A stretch of DNA of 64,000 nucleotides, taken from positions 806,001 through 870,000 of the forward strand of contig JANHCV010000006.1 in NCBI GenBank assembly GCA_025594325.1, in the 5' to 3' direction. Positions 12,051-22,781 of this stretch are shown here, piece after piece. A program made the translations under genes and the position numbers. Numbering within the stretch: the stretch's first letter is position 1; the number at the start of each line of letters is the position of its first letter. This DNA is from Blastocladiella emersonii ATCC 22665 (Eukaryota; Fungi; Blastocladiomycota). The notes below the pieces were generated by a model that was not told the DNA's origin, searched no databases, and was given only the letters and a program-made list of their open reading frames with translations.

Positions 12051-12451
12051 CGTGAGACATTTTAGCGCTGCGCGCTCTGCTCGTTGTCGCCGGATTGGCG
12101 CCCTTGCAGCGACTCAGGTAAATCTTTGCGAGCTACAACGTGATAAAGAAGCCTAAACTAATCAGAAACTGATCGGACACAACCGTACATTCGTGTGAAC
12201 CAGTGGGTTGTACCGTTCGCTGCTATGAGGCCGAAGCAGAGACCGAAGCACCCTGCGAGTCGCAGGGATCGGATCCCTGAGCGGCCGCCCTTTCCCGCGG
12301 CATGCTGTGACCCTCGCACCTGCCCTCGCACTGACCGTGATCCGTCCCTTGATCGGGTGCCTGATCCGCGACGTTGTTGCGCCACTACGCCACACGCAAG
12401 TCGCCGACGATATCAGCTCCAGCTCCTTCCCGTCGGACCTCCATACTTGCA

Positions 12452-13569
12452 ATGTATACCCGTAGAATAGCTAGACTTGCTGCAAACTATGTGCTCGGCT
12501 TGCTCCTTGGCGCACACGTCCTCTCGGCTCAGACGGTCATCAGTTGTGGAACGAATGATCGGTGTGCCGCTTCTCGTACGCCAGCGCTCTTGATCGTTCT
12601 CGATTCAGGGCAGCACCGTTGACACAGTGGGTGGCATCTGTAGTCTTCAACGGTGAGCCGTACGAGTGCGGACCAACAAACATCTGTGTCCCGCGCTGGT
12701 GTAACCCGCAGCTCACTGGACTCGCTGGTTGTGTGACGGACGACAACAGTTTGGCATGCATCAACAACCGCTGCGTGTTGCGCAAAGCTTCAGGCCAAGC
12801 GTGCTCGTTGACGCTTGAGTGCGCCGACTTTCTCGCGTGCCGCAGCGGCACGTGCGTTGGGGCGACCGCGGTCACGGCAGCCCCCACGGCTACCCGAACA
12901 ATGCGGCCGACCGGTACAGTAGTCTCGAGTCGCGATCCGGCTCTCGAGGACTACTACATTCCAGGGCTCGACTGGACCGGGATGGCGGCCGGGCTCGTTG
13001 GGGTCGTGCTCATCTCGGGCTGTGTGTTCTTTTGCTGCAACCCTCCAGCACAAGGTGGGGTTCCGAGTCAACCTGCAGCGATGGGAGCAGAGTCCGATGC
13101 GATTCCGCTTCCAGCGTATACGCCGCCCGCCGCCAACCCCGCTCCTCCAGTTGCCGCGAGCCCTTCTGTCATTGACGCGACTGGAACGCGCATCGTTTAC
13201 GTACCCATCGTCATTGACCAGTACGGAAACCTAGTTTCGTCTTCGCCGTCGTATTCGACGCTTCCCGCAACGATCGAGCCCTCCGCCTCGATGCTTCCGC
13301 ATCCGTCGCCCAACGCGCCACCCTCATCCGTGGCTACTGGGACTGCCACCGTGTACCTCCCGCATCATGCTGCTGCCGCTGCCGAGCCACATTCGCTCCC
13401 CTACCCTGCAACGGCCCCGCCCCGCGCAACCTTGCCGTATTCGCCACGACCTGCAAGTCCGGCGAGCCCTGCTGGCGGAGCTGGCGGGTTCGGGACGCTG
13501 AGCATGCCTGAGCCGCGTCCTCACTCGCTCGACGAGCTTGGCACGGCAGCCGAGCCTCAGTCTCTGTGA
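12452..13569 (+). CDS. Array gene 5: 12-Cys single-pass receptor-like protein with PY tail; intron 12576-12643
   Basis: MYTRRIARLAANYVLGLLLGAHVLSAQ signal. Cys spacing is C-x5-C-x11-C-x5-C-x4-C-x9-C-x8-C-x4-C-x9-C-x5-C-x5-C-x4-C. TM MAAGLVGVVLISGCVFFCC; tail LPAY, IVYVPIVIDQYGN, LSMPEPRP. Confidence 0.88.
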
Positions 13570-13779
13570 TCGTCACTCGACGCGACGTCCCAGCGGTGGT
13601 CGCGATCCGTCGAGCCTAATAGTCTAGATTTTTATTTGTCGTGAAGTTCCGTGAGCGAGAGCTGATTGGAGACCTGATCCCCGTGCAGCCACGACGCCAC
13701 GACGACGCGCCCAGCGCCACATCCCTCGCCAGCGCTTCCGCCGGCAAGCTCTCCCCGCACTAGGACCTCTATACTTGCA

Positions 13780-14818
13780 ATGTATACGCTTAGACTATCT
13801 AGACTTGCTGCAATTTGTGTGCTATGGCTGCTGCTTGTGCAGATCGCGTCGGCACAGTTGATCGTCCCGTGCAAGCAGGACCTCGTGCTCCGATCCTGGT
13901 AAGTTTGAATCCGCACACGTGCAGCATTGATGAAACTCACATAGATACATTACAGCGTTTCAAGGCAACACGTACGAGTGCGGTTCGACCAACGTTTGCG
14001 TCCCTCGCTGGTGTCTCGCTGATGTGCCAAATCTCCAAAGTTGTGCGACGGACGATGGTCGTCTGACATGCATCGGCAATCGTTGCGTCCTGCGCAAGGG
14101 CGCTGGCGAGCCGAGCTCGACCACGCAGGAGTGTGCTATTTCCCTCATCTGTCGCGGTGGTGCGTGTATCGGAACGACAACGGCTTTGCCAACCACGGCA
14201 GCTTGTGGTGCGACACAACCGACCGCAACGGTGGCGCGGCAGAGTCCTGAACTCTCGTTTGTCACGGAAACTCCCGCAAACAACGGAACTCAAACCGCCG
14301 TCGCCCTCATCCTCGGCCTCTTGGGCCTCGCGCTCGCAGCCATGTGCTTCCTCACGCCGCGGAAACCGAGTGCACCAACGATCGATGTGCAGCCGGCTCT
14401 CGACGTTGAGGCCGACGCGATCCCCCCTCCCGCGTACTCGCCGCCTGCTCCAAACGTCGCTGTGGCCGTTGCAGTGAACCCGGCTCCTTCCGCTGTATCT
14501 GGCGCACGCGTCGTTTACGTTCTCATGATCGTTGACCAGTTCGGAAACCCTTTGACGTCGGCACCGACGTATGGGACACTCCCTGCGATCCCTCAACAAC
14601 CCGCATCATCTCTTCCATCAGCAGTCGCGTTTCCTCAAGCGACAATCCCGTACACGCCTCGCATATCGAATTCGATCAACTTGCGCGAGAGCGGACCCGG
14701 AAGCTTGTCCATGCCCGAGCCGCGTCCCCTCTCGCCCAACGAGCTTGACGCGACATCTCTGCCTCAACCCGCACAACTCTCACCCGTCGTATCGGCCATA
14801 AACGTTGCACGGCCGTGA
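13780..14818 (+). pseudogene. Array gene 6: 12-Cys receptor copy with an apparent 2-bp deletion in exon 1; intron 13899-13955
   Basis: Exon 1 reads TGC AAG CAG GAC CTC G-- TGC TCC GAT CCT G. Restoring 2 nt gives the paralog pattern C-x5-C-x3|FQG; as written, splicing is out of frame. The rest (TM, PPAY, VVYVLMIVDQFGN, MPEPRP) is intact. Confidence 0.65.
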
Positions 14819-15159
14819 TTTCATGCTGAATATACTGCGCATTATGAACGAATCCACCAAATCGGAACCCGCCACGCTTGGGCGATCGATAAGTGGGCCC
14901 GTCATGAGGATCCGGGGCAAGAACTAGCTTTCGTTTCAATGCGCTGTCGCGCCCACCAACTGCGCGACCAACGTCACAGCTGGTCAGGGAGCGCGTCGTT
15001 CGCTTCGCGCTCCCGCCCCCGCGCCTTGGACTCGCTAAGTTTGAGCGCATTGGTCGCGCGCCACCACTCGAGCACTTCGCGATGCCGCCGGCGGACGAAT
15101 GGAGAGCTAGATCGAACGACTATATGATACAAAAAACGCAAACAGGAGCGATGGACAAT

Positions 15160-16944
15160 CTACGACATGAACGTGGCGAGCGACTTGACAATGAGCGCGG
15201 GGCTCTTGCCGGCCGAGTAGACGGGGATCGGGAACTTGTCGGCGGGCAGGCGCATGAGGGTGGCGACGGCGAGGCGCGCGGCGCGGACCGAGTACTCGAC
15301 GGTGAAGACCACGTCGTCGGGCATCTCGACGTACTGCGACACGAAGGCGAGGTTGGTCGAGCCGCGCGGCACGACTTGCGGGCGGTCCTCGGCAGTGCGC
15401 GTCAGGAACTGCGACGTGATGAAGGGCATGTACGCGGGCACGACCGACGCCGACGCCAGGATCCGGTCGCGGTTGGCCGGCTCGACGAACGCGCCCTTGA
15501 GGTGGAACAGCAGCTCCTCGAGCATCTCGCGGCCCGTGCACTCGCGCATCGTCTTCTGGATGTAGTTGCCCTTGCGGTCCGAGAACAGGCCGTACGCCCA
15601 GAACACCTGCATGTTGGCCGGCTGGTTGCGGAAGTGCGGCTGGTACGCGAGCACGATCGACATGAGCCAGTTCGAGTCCTTGAAGGTGATGAGCGCGCCC
15701 GTGCCGGCCTCGTTGCCCGAGAACTGCTCGACCAGGTCGAAGAAGGTGGTGTCGTCGGTGAAGGTGGTGGTGAAGGACATCCAGTTGGACTCGTGCTCGC
15801 GCGACGTGAAGGCGGCCGGGTTGCCCGCGACCGTCGGGAACTCGTGCGCGATCTGCTGCCACACCTTCCACGCGCCGTCGGCGGCGTGCGCGGGCGCGCC
15901 GTTCGGGATCTCGGGCGCGGGCTTGTCGGTCGACCCGAGCGTGGCGGCCGACGTCATGGACCCGTTGGTGACGAACACGAGGTCGGTGGCCGCGTCAATG
16001 GCGAGCTCCTCGGTCTCGTTCTTGTCGGCGCCCTCGTGGATCAGGTGCAGCGCGCGCACGGTCATGGTGTGCGGCTCGACGGTCGGGCCGCGCGCGAACT
16101 CGACGCGGTCGACCTGGACGCCCTTGGCGAAGACGACGCCGAGGTTGCGCAGGTGCGTGGCGAGCGGGAGCACAATCGAGTCGTACTGGTTGAAGGGCGT
16201 GCGGTCGACGCCGGCGAGCGTGTCGATGCGGGCAAACTCGTGCGAGAAGCGGTGCAGGTAGCGCTTGAACTCGACGGCGCTGTGCCACGGCTCGAAGGCG
16301 AACATGGAGCACCACATGTACCAGAAGGGCGTGGTGAAGAAGTGCTCGCCGAAGCACTGGTCGATGCGCTTGGTGCCGAGCTCGGCCTCGGTCACGGACA
16401 GCACGCTGAGCAGGTCGACGCGGTCGGCGTTCGAGAAGCCCATGTGCGTCACGTCGATGATCTTGCCGTCCTTGTCGACGACGCGGGCCTGCGCGTGCGT
16501 CTTGTGCTCGTGGTTGAAGCACTTCATGTCGTCGAACACGGAGCGCGGCTTGTCGCCCGTGGCGTAGTCGGCGCCCAGCACGGCCTCGACGGTCGCGGCC
16601 GAGACGCCCGGCGGGACGGGCTCGATCGAGGGGACCCAGGCGAGCAGCTCGTACAGGTTGAGGTACGACAGGTTGAGCATGCGGCCGCCGCGGATCACGT
16701 AGCCGCGGTCCTTGTCGCCGGCGCCGTCGAGCGCACCGCCGAGGATGTGGGCCTCCTCGTAGATGGTGATGTTGGCGGGCGGCACGCCCGCGTCGCGGAT
16801 CAGGTACGCGGCCGCGGCCATGCTGGCGATGCCGCTGCCGACCATGAAGGTGCGCGTCGAAGCCGGGTCGCGGCCGGCGGGGATGTCGTCGGGCACGGCC
16901 CGCGAGGTAGCCTGGTGCGACGAGAGGAAGTGGCGGGTGAGCAT
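15160..16944 (-). CDS. Oleate hydratase / myosin-cross-reactive antigen family FAD enzyme, intronless, ~594 aa
   Basis: GSGIASMAAA Rossmann motif, GGALDG, GYVIRGGRM, FWYMWCSMFAFEPWHSAVEFKRYLHRF, RTPFNQYDSIVLPL, VTNGS, FWAYGL, MPFITSQF, DVVFTVEYSVRAA. Start placed at MLTRHF. Confidence 0.95.
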   Translation of the reverse strand: MLTRHFLSSHQATSRAVPDDIPAGRDPASTRTFMVGSGIASMAAAAYLIRDAGVPPANITIYEEAHILGGALDGAGDKDRGYVIRGGRMLNLSYLNLYELLAWVPSIEPVPPGVSAATVEAVLGADYATGDKPRSVFDDMKCFNHEHKTHAQARVVDKDGKIIDVTHMGFSNADRVDLLSVLSVTEAELGTKRIDQCFGEHFFTTPFWYMWCSMFAFEPWHSAVEFKRYLHRFSHEFARIDTLAGVDRTPFNQYDSIVLPLATHLRNLGVVFAKGVQVDRVEFARGPTVEPHTMTVRALHLIHEGADKNETEELAIDAATDLVFVTNGSMTSAATLGSTDKPAPEIPNGAPAHAADGAWKVWQQIAHEFPTVAGNPAAFTSREHESNWMSFTTTFTDDTTFFDLVEQFSGNEAGTGALITFKDSNWLMSIVLAYQPHFRNQPANMQVFWAYGLFSDRKGNYIQKTMRECTGREMLEELLFHLKGAFVEPANRDRILASASVVPAYMPFITSQFLTRTAEDRPQVVPRGSTNLAFVSQYVEMPDDVVFTVEYSVRAARLAVATLMRLPADKFPIPVYSAGKSPALIVKSLATFMS

Positions 16945-18913
16945 CTTGGTTGATGTGGTTGGTTTGTTGGTTGATGAGTTCGGCGAGTGTGGGGGGAGCG
17001 GGCGGTCTTTATATGGCTCGGGTCTAGGTCGGAGGACGCGAGGAGCCGAGGAAACTTTGCGAGCGGCGAGCAGCCGAACGTGCAGAAGACGCGTGAAGGA
17101 CCGCGAGAACAGCGACGCCAAGGACAAGCACGCAGCATGACGCGTCATGCATCAACGCGTAGTCTAAACGTGGTCGGCGGGCTTGCTGTAGAGTAGAGGG
17201 AGTGACGACAGCAAGATTCGGGCTCAAGTGACGTAGCAAGGAGCGGCAGAATCGCGGCGGCGTGGCGCAGCACGTCCCTCCCTCTCCACTCGCGGCTCGC
17301 GGATGGGAGAACGTGGGCCGGCTCGGCCGCGAACAACCGCGCTCTGTGCTCGCGCGCGTGAAAACGTTATGGCGTGGTCGCGCCCGTGGTGATCTCATCG
17401 AGCACGACGCAGCGTGTGTCATGCAAGATCCACAGCTGATGTCACTATAGAAGGAAACAGAGTAGCGTACTTGACAGGGAGGTGGAAGCTAAGCTGGATG
17501 CGCAGCCGTGACGATACAGAGAGGAACAGAATGTATCGACGACGGCTAGACTAGCAACTGAACAATCAAAGGAACAAAAGAGGGGGGAAGCGGGGACGAC
17601 CGGTCGAGATGGCGGTGCGACGGTCGGGCGGGCGGCCGCCCCCCCGGGGCGGCGATCAAAACAGAACAAGTGGTCGGGATGACGCGATTCTCACGTGCAT
17701 CACGCGCGGCTGGTCCGAGACGCGTCTCGCACTCGGTCCCCGCGTGTGCGTGTACACTTGAACTGTCACTCCCTACCCTGCCGTTGAGCGCCACGATCCC
17801 TTCACTCATTAGACTCACATCCCTTCGGCTCGGAGAGGGTCGGGACGGAGGAGGAGAGTCAGAGCGAGTCACTGTGACGCATCTCTGATCAGCCGGCTTG
17901 GGCAGGGCTTGAAGGGAGGGCGGCGCCACACCGCCACGTTGCGGATGCCGTCATCCGATCTCGTTCATTTCACTTCGTGTCGCTCATGTCATTCGTCTCG
18001 CGCAGCTTGAAGTGAGAAAGTCCATACATTGGGAACAGCAAACTCGTGCAGCCATGTCCACGATCGCCGGCATCACGACCGTCGTCAGCTCGGCCGCCTG
18101 GATCATGCCGACTGCGTGCGTCGTGGTCAACGCGAGGACGTCGGCCCTTCTCGAACGTGACTGCGCTCGGATTGAACGTTTGACTCGACTCCTTCGCACT
18201 TGGTCGACTTGTTAAAATGCTATTCGAGCTACATCGTGTCGGTGTGTGTGTGTGCTCCAGTCAACAGAAACACTGCAACCTCCTTGCGACGGGATTGCGC
18301 GACAGCTCCGCCAATGTGTCCCGTAAGTGCGTCATCGCTGCCGCGTTTACACCAGACGTTGCAGTTCCCACATCGCTTGCAGCGATAACTGGGACGCGTG
18401 AGCCCGCTAACGTGACGGTGGCCATTTATTCAATGGCTTCCCTTGATCAGTCATCATCGTCCTGGCGACGCCGCTAACGGAGGAGGTGGCCAATGCGATT
18501 TAGTGACGGGTGCTGGCGGCTTGGGAAGTCAATGATCATGATGCGGAAGCCGCCGCGGCCGCTACCGTCCGACTTAAAGGTTCCAAAGATGCCGCCGTTG
18601 CTGAATTACTTGCGGCCATTGGCGTCGCGCACCCCATCGTTGCGCACGGTGCCGTCGGGCTAGCTGATGAGCATGATGCAATAAACGTTGTTACCGCTCT
18701 GGAGCGCGTCGCCGCAGTGGTTGCGGACCGATTACGGCGCGTCGCAATGCGCTTGGTACGAGGTCAGCGCAGTCGCCTTGGCGTTGACCTGGTGCGAGCG
18801 GCAAGAGTACTGCGCGGCTTCATGTCGAGCTCACGCGTGGAACACCTTCACCTAGTGCCGAGCCGAACATGGCCAAAGAATGCGCGATGACCCGGCGAGA
18901 AGCGAGGCGAAAG

Positions 18914-18937
18914 ACGCGTCGATCAATCATGTGACCG
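18914..18937 (+). promoter_or_regulatory. Second copy of ACGCGT-N6-ATCATGTGACCG, about 85 bp upstream of array gene 8
   Basis: gacgcgtcgatcaatcatgtgaccg is identical to the copy at 12026-12050. Confidence 0.5.
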
Positions 18938-19021
18938 TGCGAGACATTCTGATCTGGTGCTTTCCACGACGCCACACCTGCTCGGCGGCCACTCTACCCT
19001 GCCCACACCTCTACAACTACA

Positions 19022-20054
19022 ATGCATCCATGTAAACTAGATAGACTTGCTGCAATTTATGCGTTCGGACTTCTGCTTCTCCATGCCGTGTCAGGCCAGA
19101 CGATCGTCATGTGCGAGTCAGACTTCTGGTGCCCCGATACTTGTAAGACATGCCTGGTCGCTGCTGAGCACTCGGAAAGCTCACACGATGGCTGATATAG
19201 TGTTTAACGGTGAGCCTTATGAATGCGGTCCCACAAATTTATGCGTTCCTCGCTGGTGCCGTCCCGATCTGAAGGGGCTCGCGGGCTGCGTGACGGGCGA
19301 CGGTCGGCTGGCATGCGTCAACAACAGGTGTATCCTACGCAAGAGCTTGGGCGAAAGATGCTTGGCCGCGCTGGAATGCGCGGACTCGCTCACTTGCGAA
19401 CGCGGGATCTGCAACGGGACGATCATGGCCACCGCCACCGTTCCAGCAACGAATACGATGCGACCAACCGGAACTGTGACGTACAAGTCTCGCGATACAA
19501 CGCTAGTGGAGAACGGCGACAAACGATTCGGCGTTGGCACCGCGATTCTCGTCGTCTTGGGACTTGCATTGCTTGGTGGGTGTGCCGTGTTCACTTTCCG
19601 CACTCGCAAGTCGAACCAAGTCCCAGCACCTGGTGGACAGCAGCCGGAACTCGAAGCCAATGCGAGCGCAATCCCACTACCCGCATACTCGCCGCCCGCC
19701 CCCAACGTTGCTGCCGTAGTCGTCCCTTCTGCTTCCCTCGTCGCTCCACCCGGAGGCCACGTCGTTTATGTTCCCGTGATCGTCGACCAGTTTGGAAACC
19801 TCTTTCTGAGGGTTCCGGCACAAGCTGGTCCTGCTTTGACCACTGGGCCGTTTGCGCCGCATGCAGCCGCGGGTGCGGTTGCCGATCTCGGCTCTTCGGC
19901 GCCCGCCGTGGCCGATCCACGTCATGTCTTCTCGGAAAACGCGCCTGGGACCCCTCCTATGCCGGAACTACGGTCCAACTCGCCAACTGGCCGTACTAGT
20001 GTGGCCGTCCCTCAACCCGCTCAAGCTTCACCTGCCGCAGCGACCTCCGCTTGA
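19022..20054 (+). CDS. Array gene 8 (numbered counting the hydratase as 7): 12-Cys receptor-like protein; intron 19143-19200
   Basis: MHPCKLDRLAAIYAFGLLLLHAVSGQ, then CESDFWCPDT|LFNGEPYECGPTNLCVPRWC..., TM VGTAILVVLGLALLGGCAVF, and tail LPAY, VVYVPVIVDQFGN. Confidence 0.87.
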
Positions 20055-20262
20055 CGCTATGAAGCAACACCGTGTACACGATCTAAATAGCTCAATAGAA
20101 TAGACTCTGTTTCCTCCACCCAAATCTTGCGGCGCAACGACGCGAGCTGGGCGACGTCGAAGACGCGCGGCGCCGTGGCGCAGGTGTGGCGCAAGGCGTC
20201 GCCATCGCCTCAACGCCTTCGCCACATCTTCCTCGCTCCTTCATGCCTCATAGACCTCTGCC

Positions 20263-21312
20263 ATGCAACTTTATAGAACAAGACGACTTGCTGCAATTGC
20301 TTCTCTCGCATGTGTCCTGGCTCTCGCATGGACCGCGAGCGCGCAGATCATCGTCAAGTGCAAGTCGCAGGATGGATGTCCCGCCATGCGTACGTGAAGC
20401 GGCGATCCTCGGCGGATCCTCTCGCCTTTCTGACACTCGGCGCAACTAGTCTTCAACGGCGAGCCGTACGAGTGCGGTCCAACCGGGATCTGCGTGCCCA
20501 AGTGGTGCAACCCAAACTTGACGGGTCTAGCTGCGTGCCATGACCCGGACTACAGCCTTGTGTGCATCGCCAACCGCTGCGTGCTGCAGAAAGGTGCCGG
20601 CGAGGCATGTAGCACCTCGAACGAGTGCAGCGTCTACCACACGTGCCGAGCCGGTGTCTGCAAATCCGTCCTTGGCACGACGACGCTTGTCCCAAGGGCC
20701 ACTTCCGCGCTTCGGACACCGCGACTCACCGACGTACCGCTATCCGACGGCACAACCGGCACCTACTTGGTCATCGGTGTCCTCTCGGTGCTCAGCGTGT
20801 CAATGGCTTGTATGTGCGTCACGCGCCGGCAAAATCCAAAGCAGGCTTCGCCAAACGGCGACGACCCGCTTCCCGCATATACGCCGCCAGCGCCCGGCGC
20901 GCCGATCGCCGCGGATCCAGCTCCTCAAGTCGGTAACGGCGCTCGGATCGTCTACGTCCCCGTCGTCGTTGATGCGGACGGCAACCCGATCCCGGCGCCG
21001 CCCGGGTACCAGGCGCCGCTGTCCGCAACCGCTCGGATCACGGCGCAATCACCGACCGTCCCCGCGGCCACCGCCGCCGTGTCATCCGCACGCGGCTCGC
21101 AGATCTCACCCTCGATCAACGTTGTCACCACGACCGTTGCTCAGTCCAGGCCAGCGCCGCTCACGATCGAGGACTACGGCTCGCTCGCCATGCCCGTCCC
21201 GCAGCGCGTCACCGCGGACGAGCTCGGGTCCCTTGCGATGCCGCAGCCGGCGATGCTTGCGCCGCTCACGCGCTCGCTCTCGGCGTCGCCACCGCGCTCA
21301 CCGCAACCATAG
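20263..21312 (+). CDS. Array gene 9: 12-Cys receptor-like protein; intron 20390-20449
   Basis: MQLYRTRRLAAIASLACVLALAWTASAQ, then CKSQDGCPAM|LFNGEPYECGPTGICVPKWC..., TM YLVIGVLSVLSVSMACMCV, and tail LPAY, IVYVPVVVDADGN, PPGY, two LAMP motifs. Confidence 0.87.
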
Positions 21313-21425
21313 AACTAGATATAGAACTTGTGACACCCTTGCATGAAGACCACTGTAGCCAGGCTCGAACGCGGGCTGCGCCTCTCGGGCTTCGACTTCT
21401 CCACTTGACAACATAGATCCCCGCA

Positions 21426-22438
21426 ATGTACCATTATAGACTAGCCCAACTTGCTGCAATAGTGATATCGGCAGTGATCCTCGCGCCGGCGCGAGTCGCG
21501 GTCGCGCAGGGCTTGGTGCCGTGCCGGTCGGCCGACGACTGCCCCGAGTTGTGTACGCTGGTTTCTCCCTGCTGTTGGAGTGCAACGGCAGATTGCCCCT
21601 CACACGAGCGACTCCAGTGTTTAGTGGCGCGCCCCACGAATGCGGGCCGACCGCCTTCTGCGTCCCGCTGCAGTGCCGCGCGGACCTCCCATGCGCCGAC
21701 CCCAACGAGCACCTGACGTGCATCGACGGCCGCTGCGTGCTCCGCCGGCACCTCGGCGAGCCGTGCTCCTCCACACCCGACTGCCGCCCCGGGCTGTGGT
21801 GCCCGAGCGGGGGCGACGTCTGCGCGGCGCTGGGCGGCTCGTCGGCGCGCACCGCGACGCGGACGGCGACGGCGACTCGAACGATGCGAACTGCATGGGC
21901 GACACGGACCGCGTGGCCGACGGCCTCGGTGAGCTGGAGCTCGCCGCCGCCGTCGCTCGCCGAACCCGCGACCAACTTTGCGGCAACGAGCTCCATCGCG
22001 CTCGTCGCCGGCTTCGTCGTGTTCGTCGCGACGGCGGGGCTCATGTACGGGTTCCGGAAACGGCCGCCGCCGAGCCCCATCACGTCTCGCGTCGGCCAGG
22101 TCATGCACGACGAGGAGATCTTTGGGTCCGCGTCGTCGATCCAGCTGCCCGCCTACGCGCCGCCCGCGACGTCGGATCTTGGCCACTTTGCCGTCGCGGG
22201 CGACCATATCGTGTTTGTGCCGCCCGACGGGAGCACGGTCGCGTCGCCTCCCGACTACGCGACGCTTCCGCCGATGGTCGAGGAGGAGTCCGGGGTGCCG
22301 TTGTCGCCGCACAGCGCGTCGGCAGTAGCCGCGGTTGCGGACGGAGCGCTCTCGTATCCGCCGCGACACGCGTCCATCATGCTCTCCACGGCCGCAGCAT
22401 CATCCACGCCAAGATCTTCATCACCATCGCCATCATGA
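21426..22438 (+). CDS. Array gene 10: 12-Cys receptor-like protein; intron 21553-21617
   Basis: MYHYRLAQLAAIVISAVILAPARVAVAQ, then CRSADDCPEL|LFSGAPHECGPTAFCVPLQC..., TM IALVAGFVVFVATAGLMYGF, and tail LPAY, PPDY. Confidence 0.86.
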
Positions 22439-22781
22439 GCGTTGACGCGACCACCATCTCGTATATACCCCATGGCCGCGCTCGACGGCATCTTGACGCG
22501 TCCGTCGGTCGAGTCTGATCCGCGTCACTCTCTCGCGTCCACCATTACGGAATAGCATAAAGAATACAGCAGGGACTTTTCCGAAACTCGGCGCACATCC
22601 CCCGGATCTGAAACGGCCCGTACATCGGGTGACTTGGAGGGCGGCGCCCACAGGCACACCGAGCGGCGATGCTGCCGCAGCCCTCGTCGCCTCGACCTCG
22701 CTTGTTCCGTCTGAGCTCTCCTCGTGGCGTCGGCGAACTAGAGCCGACCATAGACTTGCAACCTCGCTCAACAACTCGTCC

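Noticed and set aside
18470-18860. Minus-strand frame that reads protein-like (HCGDALQSGNNVYCIML...GIFGTFKSDG) with several stops
   Set aside because: Stop density is about what random sequence of this composition gives, no family was recognised, and there is no splice support.
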